Source of the DNA: a virus
IMG/VR virus record: IMGVR_UViG_3300032308_002092
Location: 87,208 to 151,207 of that record
Reading direction: 5' to 3' (one strand)
DNA: 64,000 bases
Part shown: piece after piece, positions 55,668 through 64,000 of the stretch
Position numbering within the stretch: position 1 is the stretch's first letter
How the letters are laid out: each line of letters opens with the position of its first letter
Translations under genes and position numbers: made by a program
The notes under the pieces: generated by a model
Seen by the model: the letters and a program-made list of their open reading frames with translations, nothing else
The model's database searches: none
What the model was told of the DNA's origin: nothing

Positions 55668-58490
55668 ATGGCTGATATTACAATCATTTCCAGGCTAGTT
55701 GCCGGCATTAGCCGCAACGTCAACCTACAGAACAACTCTCTAGTCGTAGGTAGCCTGAAGGTAGGGTCATCTAGCCCTACCGAGTTGACCAAGGCTATCT
55801 TGGACCAACTCATTGATTTGACTGACGGTGGCGACGCCGGGTCACTTCACCACCATGACGCTGCGTACTTCACCCAGACTCAGTTGGGATCTGTTACAGG
55901 CGTAACTGGTTCCGATCGCATCGGTGACGACAATACCTACACCAACTTCACTCCTGCTGCAGCTACGGTAAAGGGTGCTCTTTCGGGCATCGACAGTGCC
56001 TTGGCTTCTGCTGGTGGCGGTCTGGTCAAAGTTACTGCTGCTGACACAACCTCTGGGTACTTGAACAGCAAGATCGTGGCTGGTGCTGGTTTGGCCAGCT
56101 CTGTGTTGAACGGTGGCGGCGACGAGGACTTGAACCTCGCGGTCAACGTAGATGACTCCACGATCGAGATCAACGCAGACGCACTTAGGGTTAAGGCTGG
56201 CGGGATCGCCGATGCACAGGTAAGTGCTTCTGCAGCTATCGCCTACAGTAAGTTGGCTTTGACCGGGAGCATCGTCGACGCAGACGTAAACGCTTCTGCT
56301 GCTATTGCCTACTCGAAGTTGGCTCTTACTGGCAGCATCGTCAATGCTGATATCAACGCTTCTGCAGCTATTGCCTACTCGAAGTTGGCTCTTACATCCA
56401 GTATCGTCAACGCAGACATCTCTGGATCTGCAGCTATTGCATACTCGAAGTTGGCTCTTACTGGTAGTATCGTAAACGCGGATATTGCTTCTGGCGCTGC
56501 TATCGCAGTAAACAAGCTTGCGGCTTTGACCGCCAACCGCGCAACCGCCACAGACGCTTCTGGCTTCTTGGTTGCCTCTGCTGCTACTGACACAGAGCTC
56601 GGTTACCTGACCGGCGTGACCTCCAACATCCAGACCCAGTTCGGCGACAAGCTGTCGTTGAGCGGTGGCACGATGACTGGCATCCTTAACATGGGTGGCT
56701 TCAAGATTGCCTCGGTTGGATCTCCGACGAATGCTGGGGACGCTACGACTAAGGCTTACGTAGATGCTCTTGTAAGTGCTGGAAACGTCTGGCTTGATCC
56801 AGTCTTAGAACCAGACCTAGTCGACGACAGTCTCAGTACTCCGCCAGGTAGTCCAGTCAGCGGAGCTGCATACCTCATCGGTTCTTCTCCTACTGGAGCG
56901 TGGTCTGGTCTAGCTGGTCGCTTAGTCTACTGGGACGGCGCTAGTTGGGTAGATATCCTCGGTCGCGTCGTAGCGATTGGCGACAGATTCGGTATTACGA
57001 TCATCCACGGAGCTGGCTCCGAGGGTGGCAACATGGCCACTCGCGGAAACCAGATCGCCGAGCTCACCAACGCAACCCCTGGATCCTACGCGTATACTTT
57101 TACTACACCTAGTGCTGGTGACGCCATATTCGTCAGCGAACCAGACTCGCAACACTTCGGTAAGTCCTACACCTACAACGGAACCGACTGGATTCAGTTC
57201 GGTGGACCTGGTGCTACCAACGCTGGTATCGGTCTCCAGTGGGATGGCAACACCCTGAACGTCAAGCTAGGCGCTGGTATCGTCGAGCTTCCAAGTGACG
57301 AAGTCGGTATCGACGTCCACACCTCCGGCGGCTTGTTCCTGACGGTAGACAACTCTGCTGCGAGCTCTAGTAGTGCGGCCCAACTGGCAGTTAGACTTGA
57401 TGGCAGCACGCTGGCCAAGTCCGCTAGCGGTCTGAAAGTAGCTGACGGCGGTATCTCAAATACCCAAGTCAGTGGTTCTGCAGCTATCGCCTACTCGAAA
57501 CTAAACCTCGCTGGCAGCATCGTCAACGCCGATGTAGCTACTGGTGCGGCTATCGCATACAGCAAGTTGGCTCTTACTGGTAGTATCGTTGACGCAGACG
57601 TGAATGCTTCTGCGGCCATCGCTTACTCGAAGTTGGCTTTGACTGGCAGCATCGTCAATGCTGATATCAACTCTGCAGCTGCTATCGCCTACAGCAAACT
57701 AAGCCTTACTGGCAGCATCGTAAACGCAGACATCTCTGGATCTGCTGCTATCGCCTACAGCAAGCTCTCACTCGGTAACAGTATCTTGGATGCGGACATC
57801 AACGCATCTGCCGCTATTGCCTACAGCAAGCTCGCACTAACCTCCAGCATCGTAAACGCGGACATCGCCGCAGCTGCAGCTATCGCTCGCAGCAAGCTCG
57901 CTTCCGGCACGGCCAACCATGTAGTCATCAACGATGGCTCCGGTGTCCTGAGCTCCGAAGCTAGACTCTCACTGAGCCGCTTCTCTACTGGCGCTTCTGG
58001 CTCTTTGCTCATCGGCCAAGGTGCAGGCGACGCTGCCTTCACGGCTATGTCTGGCGACGTAACCATCGACAACACTGGTGTTGCTACCGTAGGCGCTGCA
58101 GCTAAGTCTGCGGTATACCTCACGTTCACTGCTGGTGAAGCTTTGACTGCAGGCGACATCGTGTACCTCAGTACCACTGTGGCTGGCGAAGTACTCAAGG
58201 CTGACTCCGACGCTCTGGCTACCTGCGAAGGTGTCGTCGGTATCGCGGATCAAACCGTGTCTGCTGCTGCTAGCGTCAGGGTTCAGGTTGCGGGACAAAG
58301 AGCTGTTTCTGGATCTGGCTTCGTAGCTGGCGACAGAGGCAAGAGGATGTACGTCGGTGGTACTGCTGGTGCAGCTACTCCAACTGCACCTAGCGCAACT
58401 AACTCGGTCGTGTTCTTGATTGGGCATCTGGTCAACCACACTGCAGGTACGATCGTGATCGCGCCTAGCTTGATCGCGGTCAACGACTAG
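55668..58490 (+). CDS. Fibre protein with 22-aa tandem repeats and DUF2793-like domain
   Basis: AAIAYSKLALTGSIVNADINAS repeats; TPPGSP..YLIG..TGAWSG. Confidence 0.75.
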   Translation: MADITIISRLVAGISRNVNLQNNSLVVGSLKVGSSSPTELTKAILDQLIDLTDGGDAGSLHHHDAAYFTQTQLGSVTGVTGSDRIGDDNTYTNFTPAAATVKGALSGIDSALASAGGGLVKVTAADTTSGYLNSKIVAGAGLASSVLNGGGDEDLNLAVNVDDSTIEINADALRVKAGGIADAQVSASAAIAYSKLALTGSIVDADVNASAAIAYSKLALTGSIVNADINASAAIAYSKLALTSSIVNADISGSAAIAYSKLALTGSIVNADIASGAAIAVNKLAALTANRATATDASGFLVASAATDTELGYLTGVTSNIQTQFGDKLSLSGGTMTGILNMGGFKIASVGSPTNAGDATTKAYVDALVSAGNVWLDPVLEPDLVDDSLSTPPGSPVSGAAYLIGSSPTGAWSGLAGRLVYWDGASWVDILGRVVAIGDRFGITIIHGAGSEGGNMATRGNQIAELTNATPGSYAYTFTTPSAGDAIFVSEPDSQHFGKSYTYNGTDWIQFGGPGATNAGIGLQWDGNTLNVKLGAGIVELPSDEVGIDVHTSGGLFLTVDNSAASSSSAAQLAVRLDGSTLAKSASGLKVADGGISNTQVSGSAAIAYSKLNLAGSIVNADVATGAAIAYSKLALTGSIVDADVNASAAIAYSKLALTGSIVNADINSAAAIAYSKLSLTGSIVNADISGSAAIAYSKLSLGNSILDADINASAAIAYSKLALTSSIVNADIAAAAAIARSKLASGTANHVVINDGSGVLSSEARLSLSRFSTGASGSLLIGQGAGDAAFTAMSGDVTIDNTGVATVGAAAKSAVYLTFTAGEALTAGDIVYLSTTVAGEVLKADSDALATCEGVVGIADQTVSAAASVRVQVAGQRAVSGSGFVAGDRGKRMYVGGTAGAATPTAPSATNSVVFLIGHLVNHTAGTIVIAPSLIAVND
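56205..57905 (+). repeat. Two arrays of 66-bp coding repeats (about 5 and 7 units)
   Basis: Arrays at about 56205-56525 and 57452-57905. Confidence 0.85.
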
Positions 58491-58517
58491 TCCCCGAATA
58501 TTGGTGCAGTACAATAG

Positions 58518-58546
58518 AGGGGTGGGAAGTGATTCTCACCCCTTCG
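58518..58546 (+). terminator. Stem-loop (terminator or mRNA leader hairpin)
   Basis: AGGGGTGGGAA-GTGA-TTCTCACCCCT; weak T tract. Confidence 0.45.
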
Positions 58547-58563
58547 TACTATAGAGGTAGATG

Positions 58564-58851
58564 ATGGCCAAGGTAGTAAAACTGATCAGTGGACTCTTGC
58601 GGTATCAAGAGCTTGCCTCTTCTGCCTACGAGGGTATCCTAAACGTGGGCAGCACTATTACCGCTGGGACTAACGTTACTTTGCCCACTAGCGGCACCTA
58701 CACGGACACCGACCTAGTGATCTTCTTGAACGGTCAGCGCCTAAACTACGTAGAAGACTTCGCGTACGTAGGTAGCCCACCTAGGACCCAAGTCAGCTTT
58801 ACTTTCAATCTGATCGCTGGCGACATAGTTACCTTCCGCCGAGAGATCTAA
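58564..58851 (+). CDS. Small virion protein
   Basis: LVIFLNGQRL..DF domain also repeated in 50058-55418. Confidence 0.65.
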   Translation: MAKVVKLISGLLRYQELASSAYEGILNVGSTITAGTNVTLPTSGTYTDTDLVIFLNGQRLNYVEDFAYVGSPPRTQVSFTFNLIAGDIVTFRREI

Positions 58852-58949
58852 GGCTTTCGTCTGATACAATACCTCTAGAAACTTGACGGGAGGGTTCAAG
58901 TGACCATGGCTTACTAGAGCCATACCTCCTGCTACAGGAGGATGAATCC

Positions 58950-60398
58950 ATGGTAACCCGCATAGATGCCCGTCAGTCTCGTCAGAGAGCTCTGTTAGAT
59001 CAGCTCTCGCTAAACACAGACGTCAAACTAGACACCCTACTTAATTTGATCAACGACGAGCTGCAGCCACTGCTACGGCTACGTCAAGCGAATCCGTCTT
59101 CCCTGGTCCTGAACGTGGATGCCATCTCGGTGACCACCTCGGACTCTGGTGATGGTCACGGCAGAACTAGAACCATACAGCCCATCTCAGGCGTGTTGCC
59201 ATCCTTCACTCCCGGTAGCATCACCTTCCCTGGCGCTACTGGCGGCAGCATTACCGCTACCGGCGTAACCCTTGCTGCCGCTTACACGCTAACGGTAGCT
59301 CCCAACAACTGGATTAAGGTGCTCTTGGCACTCAATACCGACGGCCAGATCGTACTGACCTTCGGGACCACAGGTGCGAGCGAAGCTGCAGCTGGCTTCC
59401 CAGACGTGGATACGGGCACGTTGCCAATCGGCTACGTAAGCATGCAGAACGACGGCTCTGGTACCATCCAGAACGTAACTGGCTCCAGGATCTACCAGTT
59501 CGCTGGCGGTGGTGGCGGCGGAAGCGGTACTGGTAGCGGGACTTTCAAGAACTATTTGAGCAAGTGGTTCGATGGCGAAGCCAACATTACCGGCGTCAAC
59601 AACGGCGGCGTTAGTGACACGGGCAACCGTAGTGCGGCAGACACGGTCTGGGCTAGCACCAACACCACCAATATCACGGTAGGACGCAACGCCGGTATTA
59701 TTCTGCGTGGCAAGAACTCTATTCTGGTAAACAGCATCACTGGCTCAGGTACAGGCTCTACCTTCGTAGAGACCCCAGTGTTCACGCTTGATACCGCAGA
59801 CCGCGACCTAACTTCTAGCGCTTTCCTCTTCTACGTGTCTTTCGTATTCAGCGTACCAAGCAGCAACGTGTTTGATGTGGTGCTAGTGCGATACAACTCA
59901 GCTGGCGTCTTCCAAGAGAAGATCCCAGTGTACGGGGTGTTTGGCAACAGCGGTGCCGTTCCTCCATCGCAGTTCGTCAGCACCAACACTACGAACAACC
60001 GCTACTTTGGCTACAGCGCCAAGATCGCAAGCGGCGTAGCTGCCACCGACAAGCTCGCACTCCGTATCCGGGGTCTGGGCAACCTCGGCATGTACTTGGA
60101 AGATCTCTACGTCGGCCCCAACGCAGACATGAACAACGGCAACCAAAGGTTCATCGGGCAGAAAGAGCACGCAGACCGAGTCCAGCACAGACAGGGAACT
60201 AACTTCCCGCTGAACATGGACCTGACTGTTCCAGGCACACCGCTATCGGTATTGAACAACGAAACCAAGATGGTAGGCAAGCTAGACATCCTAACCGGCA
60301 CCGGTATCTTCGTGGATACTGGTTGTAACCTGGTTACCGTCGGCAGCATCACTGGACCAGGCACGCTTAGTGGTGCTGGTACCGTAACTAGTATTTAA
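58950..60398 (+). CDS. Fibre / receptor-binding-associated protein
   Basis: Gly-rich hinge GGGGGGSGTGSG, beta-rich. Confidence 0.6.
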   Translation: MVTRIDARQSRQRALLDQLSLNTDVKLDTLLNLINDELQPLLRLRQANPSSLVLNVDAISVTTSDSGDGHGRTRTIQPISGVLPSFTPGSITFPGATGGSITATGVTLAAAYTLTVAPNNWIKVLLALNTDGQIVLTFGTTGASEAAAGFPDVDTGTLPIGYVSMQNDGSGTIQNVTGSRIYQFAGGGGGGSGTGSGTFKNYLSKWFDGEANITGVNNGGVSDTGNRSAADTVWASTNTTNITVGRNAGIILRGKNSILVNSITGSGTGSTFVETPVFTLDTADRDLTSSAFLFYVSFVFSVPSSNVFDVVLVRYNSAGVFQEKIPVYGVFGNSGAVPPSQFVSTNTTNNRYFGYSAKIASGVAATDKLALRIRGLGNLGMYLEDLYVGPNADMNNGNQRFIGQKEHADRVQHRQGTNFPLNMDLTVPGTPLSVLNNETKMVGKLDILTGTGIFVDTGCNLVTVGSITGPGTLSGAGTVTSI

Positions 60399-60413
60399 GT
60401 AGGGGTTTAACAC

Positions 60414-61286
60414 ATGGCTTTCATACCAGGCAACAGCGGGACTCCGTCTACCTTCCCAGATGGGTTTCAGATCGCGAACGGCACAGTCACCGCGCCTACA
60501 CTTAGATTCTCTGACACACAGACAGGATGGTATCGATCTGGTCTGAACCAGATGGCGTTGGCTAGCAATGGCGTGCAGACAATTTTAGTGAGTGCGGCTG
60601 GGGCGGTGACGGTTGGTCCTTCAGTAGTTGTAGCAACCACAGCTCAACCCTTCAATGTGTTTGGAGGCATAAACAGCCTAGCCACTGGAACGGCCGATGC
60701 GGCCCGTCGCCTCATCCTGAACACAAACACACACATCGCTGGCGAAACAACTAGAGGCACAAGAAACAGCAACACTAACACTCTTGGTGGAGCTGCTCTA
60801 CAGCTGATTGCCAGAACTACAGACAGCAGCAATGCAGTCATATTCCAGACAAACTTGGCAGCTAACGGTGACACCACTGATGCAACCGCTATCGCAACTG
60901 CAACACAAGCAGGCGCATGGACGCTGGGGCCTGCTTCGTCTACCAACCTTAATCTGACGGTTAATGGGCTAGCGCTCGCCGGCGCATTCAGGGTTGCAAG
61001 AATCAGCTCAGTTTCAGGTACAGTAAACGACTTTGCTTTGGGTGCAAATGGGTACATCAGTACATCAGCTGGTGCAACTACCTTTACAGGGATAGCTGAT
61101 GGAGTGGATGGCAGAGTTGTTTACATTACTGCAGCTTCTGGCCTTACTTGCCAGATTAATCACCAAGATGCAGGGTCAACTGCAACAAACAGAATTATCA
61201 CTAAGACTGGCGCAAATACATCAACTTCAGGCGGATTCACGCTAATTTATGATACAAACTTAAACCGATGGGTGCAGGTGGGATAA
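60414..61286 (+). CDS. Tail fibre / RBP
   Basis: MAFIPGNSGTP start; GTVTAPTLRFSDTQTGWYR fibre motif. Confidence 0.7.
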   Translation: MAFIPGNSGTPSTFPDGFQIANGTVTAPTLRFSDTQTGWYRSGLNQMALASNGVQTILVSAAGAVTVGPSVVVATTAQPFNVFGGINSLATGTADAARRLILNTNTHIAGETTRGTRNSNTNTLGGAALQLIARTTDSSNAVIFQTNLAANGDTTDATAIATATQAGAWTLGPASSTNLNLTVNGLALAGAFRVARISSVSGTVNDFALGANGYISTSAGATTFTGIADGVDGRVVYITAASGLTCQINHQDAGSTATNRIITKTGANTSTSGGFTLIYDTNLNRWVQVG

Positions 61287-61350
61287 TGACTAAACTCCAC
61301 GCCGAACTACAGACCGCAAGAATCGCAACTCTAGAAGGAGGCCAATAACC

Positions 61351-63087
61351 ATGGCAATTATCCCCGGAAATACTGGCACACCCGCCAGAGCAGTAGACGG
61401 ACTAGAGGGTCCTACCGCTGGCTCACCAGTTGTCTTCCCCTCTGGACTCAGTGGTAACTTCGTGCCTACTGCCCTAGCAGACGCGAATGCTACCTTGACC
61501 TCAGCTAACTCTATCGTAGTGATGACACCTAGTGCGAACCGAGTTCTCACACTCCCGAGCTCAGTGCCATCTGCAGCGTTCGCCATCACGGTGATCAACC
61601 GGTCGGCCAGCTTCACCATCGCTTTGAATGCAAGCGGCGGTGGAACGGTAGCTACGGTGGGATTGGGTGAGGTAACGATACTCAGTACGATCACCAACCC
61701 GACGACTACGGCGCACTGGACCATCAGTACCAACGGAGCCGCTCTACAAGGTGGGAATAGCTTTGGCGCTACGATGCTGCTTGGGACCAACGATAGCTTC
61801 GGTTTGGACTTCGAGACGAATGGGACGGTGAAGCTGGGGATATCGGCGGCGGGGGCGGTGACGCTGGGGCCTCCAGTAGTCCCAGCAACAAACGGCGTCT
61901 TGCATCGTATACGAACAGGAGACCAGGGCAGTACAATTAGTATAGCCACAGCAGAGCATGGAATACTGCAGCTAGGAAACCAGGCAGGGTCTGAAGGAAG
62001 TCCGTCTTTAGCTGGCGTAACGACCGACAACATCGCAGGTCTTGCATTTTTTAGTGGAAGTACCGACACCAACACTGCTGGCGATATGCTTTTTGATGTT
62101 AGACTTAATAGCAATGCCTCCTTCACTACTACCGGCAACAAAGCTTTCGTCTGGCGGCATGCCGGTTCAGAAATATCCTCAATGACCAGAGCAGGCGCAT
62201 GGACGCTAGGTGTTTCTGGTGGTACTCCTAACTTTCACAACATCGTTGCCAACATAAGCAGCAACTACGCTTGTCGTATAGAAAATATGGCTGGAGCTGA
62301 CGCCACTTGCAGCGTTTTAAGGCTCAACTCTAATACCGCTTCTGGTGCAAGAATTCTTTCTTGCCAAAACGCTAACGTAGAGAGATTCAGTGTAGATGGG
62401 GCTGGAAACATCGGTTTTGGGAATAGTGGTTCTCTTGGTCTCATAGCCGCAACAGGCGCATGGACGCTGGGGCCTGCAAGCTTTAGCGGAACCCATACTG
62501 TAAACGGTAGCGATACCTTCTTCCAGCGCGACTTCAATGGCACCACACAAGTCAGCGTATCCAACCAAGACGCCGGTTCAAGTGTTTACGCTGGATTCAG
62601 GTGTAGAAGCAATGCTGGCGATGCTTTTTTCATCAAGAACTCTATTGCCAACACAGCAGGAGCAGCCGAAGCCCTGCGGGTGATAAACGAGACTGGTGGT
62701 GTTTACCTTGCGGTTGGCGGTACCTCCTGGCTTGCAATCTCCGACATGCGTCACAAGACCAAAGTCCAAGACCTGGGTAACGTCCTCGCAGGTATCCAAG
62801 GACTGAGTACCTTTACTTACAAACTGAATGGTGACGACGGTCTTATTGGAGAGGGACCAACCGAACTCGGTCTATCCGCACAAGAACTCAAGCTTGTTGC
62901 CCCTGAGATAGTAAACGGCTCAGACGATACGTCCTACTCGGTGAGCTATGACCGACTGTCTGTAGTCCTCGTCAAAGCCATCCAGGAACAACAAGTCCTT
63001 ATTCAGTCCTTGTCGGCCAAAGTAGAAGAACTTAAGGCAGAGCTAGATGCAGCCAAAAACCGCATCACAGAACTAGAAGGAGCTTAA
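61351..63087 (+). CDS. Tail fibre with C-terminal intramolecular chaperone (peptidase S74-like)
   Basis: SDMRHKTKVQDL..GLSAQEL..PEIV..VSYDRLSVVLVKAIQEQQ plus coiled coil. Confidence 0.88.
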   Translation: MAIIPGNTGTPARAVDGLEGPTAGSPVVFPSGLSGNFVPTALADANATLTSANSIVVMTPSANRVLTLPSSVPSAAFAITVINRSASFTIALNASGGGTVATVGLGEVTILSTITNPTTTAHWTISTNGAALQGGNSFGATMLLGTNDSFGLDFETNGTVKLGISAAGAVTLGPPVVPATNGVLHRIRTGDQGSTISIATAEHGILQLGNQAGSEGSPSLAGVTTDNIAGLAFFSGSTDTNTAGDMLFDVRLNSNASFTTTGNKAFVWRHAGSEISSMTRAGAWTLGVSGGTPNFHNIVANISSNYACRIENMAGADATCSVLRLNSNTASGARILSCQNANVERFSVDGAGNIGFGNSGSLGLIAATGAWTLGPASFSGTHTVNGSDTFFQRDFNGTTQVSVSNQDAGSSVYAGFRCRSNAGDAFFIKNSIANTAGAAEALRVINETGGVYLAVGGTSWLAISDMRHKTKVQDLGNVLAGIQGLSTFTYKLNGDDGLIGEGPTELGLSAQELKLVAPEIVNGSDDTSYSVSYDRLSVVLVKAIQEQQVLIQSLSAKVEELKAELDAAKNRITELEGA

Positions 63088-63088
63088 A

Positions 63089-64000
63089 ATGAGTTTTATC
63101 CCAGGCGGAACTGGAACCGCATCAAGCTTCCCAGACGGATTCACTGGCTCCCCACTAGCCAACGTGGAGACGATTTCTGCTACCAAGGTGCTCACCACCT
63201 CGGACCGCAGGACCCAGATTATTACTCCTTCTGGAGCTCTGCGAATTGCACAGCTTCCAGCCACCGCCATCATCGGCGAAGGCTGGTCTTTTATATGTGC
63301 AGCTGGCTCTTCTTTCTCACTGCAGATCAACTCCAGCAACGGTAGCCAACTGGCTTTAATCGTGCCTGGGCAGAGCATCACCATCAACGCTTCTTCTGCT
63401 ACTCCTACCACACCATCCAACTGGTCCATCCAGTCTGGTGGTGGTGGACTAGACCCGGTAGAAGTAAGTTCCAGCGTGGCTTTGGCCGCGAACCGTACCC
63501 AGTACCTCTGCAACACTAGCGGCGGCGCTTTCTCCATCACCCTACCTACGGGAGCAAGTAAGACGAGTATCGGCATCGCGGATGCTAGGGATACCTTCGC
63601 CACCAATAACCTGACGGTGATTCCTGCTACCGGCCAGACCATCGACGGACTGGCAGTGAACGAGACCTTGGTCTTGGACTTGAACGGTAGCTGGGTGATT
63701 TTGACTTGGAGCGTGGCGGACAGCAGGTGGGTAATCCAGAGCTCGGCACCAGGAAGTAGTAGCCAGGCGATCGTTCAGAACGGTAACACCCTTGGCGCAG
63801 CGATGCTCATCGGGACCAATGACAACTTTGGCGTCAACATTGAGACCAATGGTACGACTAAGCTGGCTGTATCTAGTGCTGGGGCGGTGACGCTGGGGGT
63901 AGCCTCAGGAACACAGGCTCATGTTGTCAACGGAGCGACTCTTACCGTAACGGCTCCTTCTGGCACCAACGCCCAAGTTAGAGCGGATGCAGTCTCACCA
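63089..64000 (+). CDS. Tail fibre / RBP (runs off window end)
   Basis: Not in track; MSFIPGGTGTASSFPDG start, paralogous to 60414 and 61351 (QNGNTLGAAMLIGTND). Confidence 0.8.
   Translation, partial: MSFIPGGTGTASSFPDGFTGSPLANVETISATKVLTTSDRRTQIITPSGALRIAQLPATAIIGEGWSFICAAGSSFSLQINSSNGSQLALIVPGQSITINASSATPTTPSNWSIQSGGGGLDPVEVSSSVALAANRTQYLCNTSGGAFSITLPTGASKTSIGIADARDTFATNNLTVIPATGQTIDGLAVNETLVLDLNGSWVILTWSVADSRWVIQSSAPGSSSQAIVQNGNTLGAAMLIGTNDNFGVNIETNGTTKLAVSSAGAVTLGVASGTQAHVVNGATLTVTAPSGTNAQVRADAVSP

Noticed and set aside
60414-64000. Diversity-generating retroelement in fibre genes
   Set aside because: No reverse transcriptase in the window and no ~100-bp repeat pair differing only at adenines
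22714-64000. Many minus-strand ORFs inside the structural module (e.g. 53549-54169, 61290-62141)
   Set aside because: Antisense shadows of long plus-strand genes, with no recognisable motifs
1-64000. Stop-codon reassignment or tRNA genes
   Set aside because: Conserved genes are intact in the standard code with TAA, TAG and TGA all used as stops; no cloverleaf recognised by eye

Overview
This window is part of a large lytic phage genome with a contractile tail. 1-22.7 kb is an accessory/early region of short, mostly minus-strand genes (RNase H, HEXXH protease, HNH nucleases, endolysin, several paralogue families). 22.7-64 kb is a plus-strand morphogenesis module: neck, sheath, three tube paralogues, frameshifted tail chaperone, tape measure, baseplate and at least six fibre/RBP genes. 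The most striking feature is six intact type II hammerhead ribozymes on the minus strand. They bracket three paralogous ~150-170 aa genes so that double self-cleavage would excise mRNA units of 592, 541 and 960 nt whose ends are compatible with circularisation. The four ribozymes that precede a start codon also carry the early-promoter-like motif CCGAWA in stem III. Other notable elements: a 14-bp oriented box repeated five times, a ~950-bp mirror-symmetric non-coding region (origin or terminus candidate), seven Gly-rich 'IDG...PSDW' micro-proteins, a structured RNA candidate, and genes flanked by direct repeats. Product calls come from motif recognition only; no searches were run.
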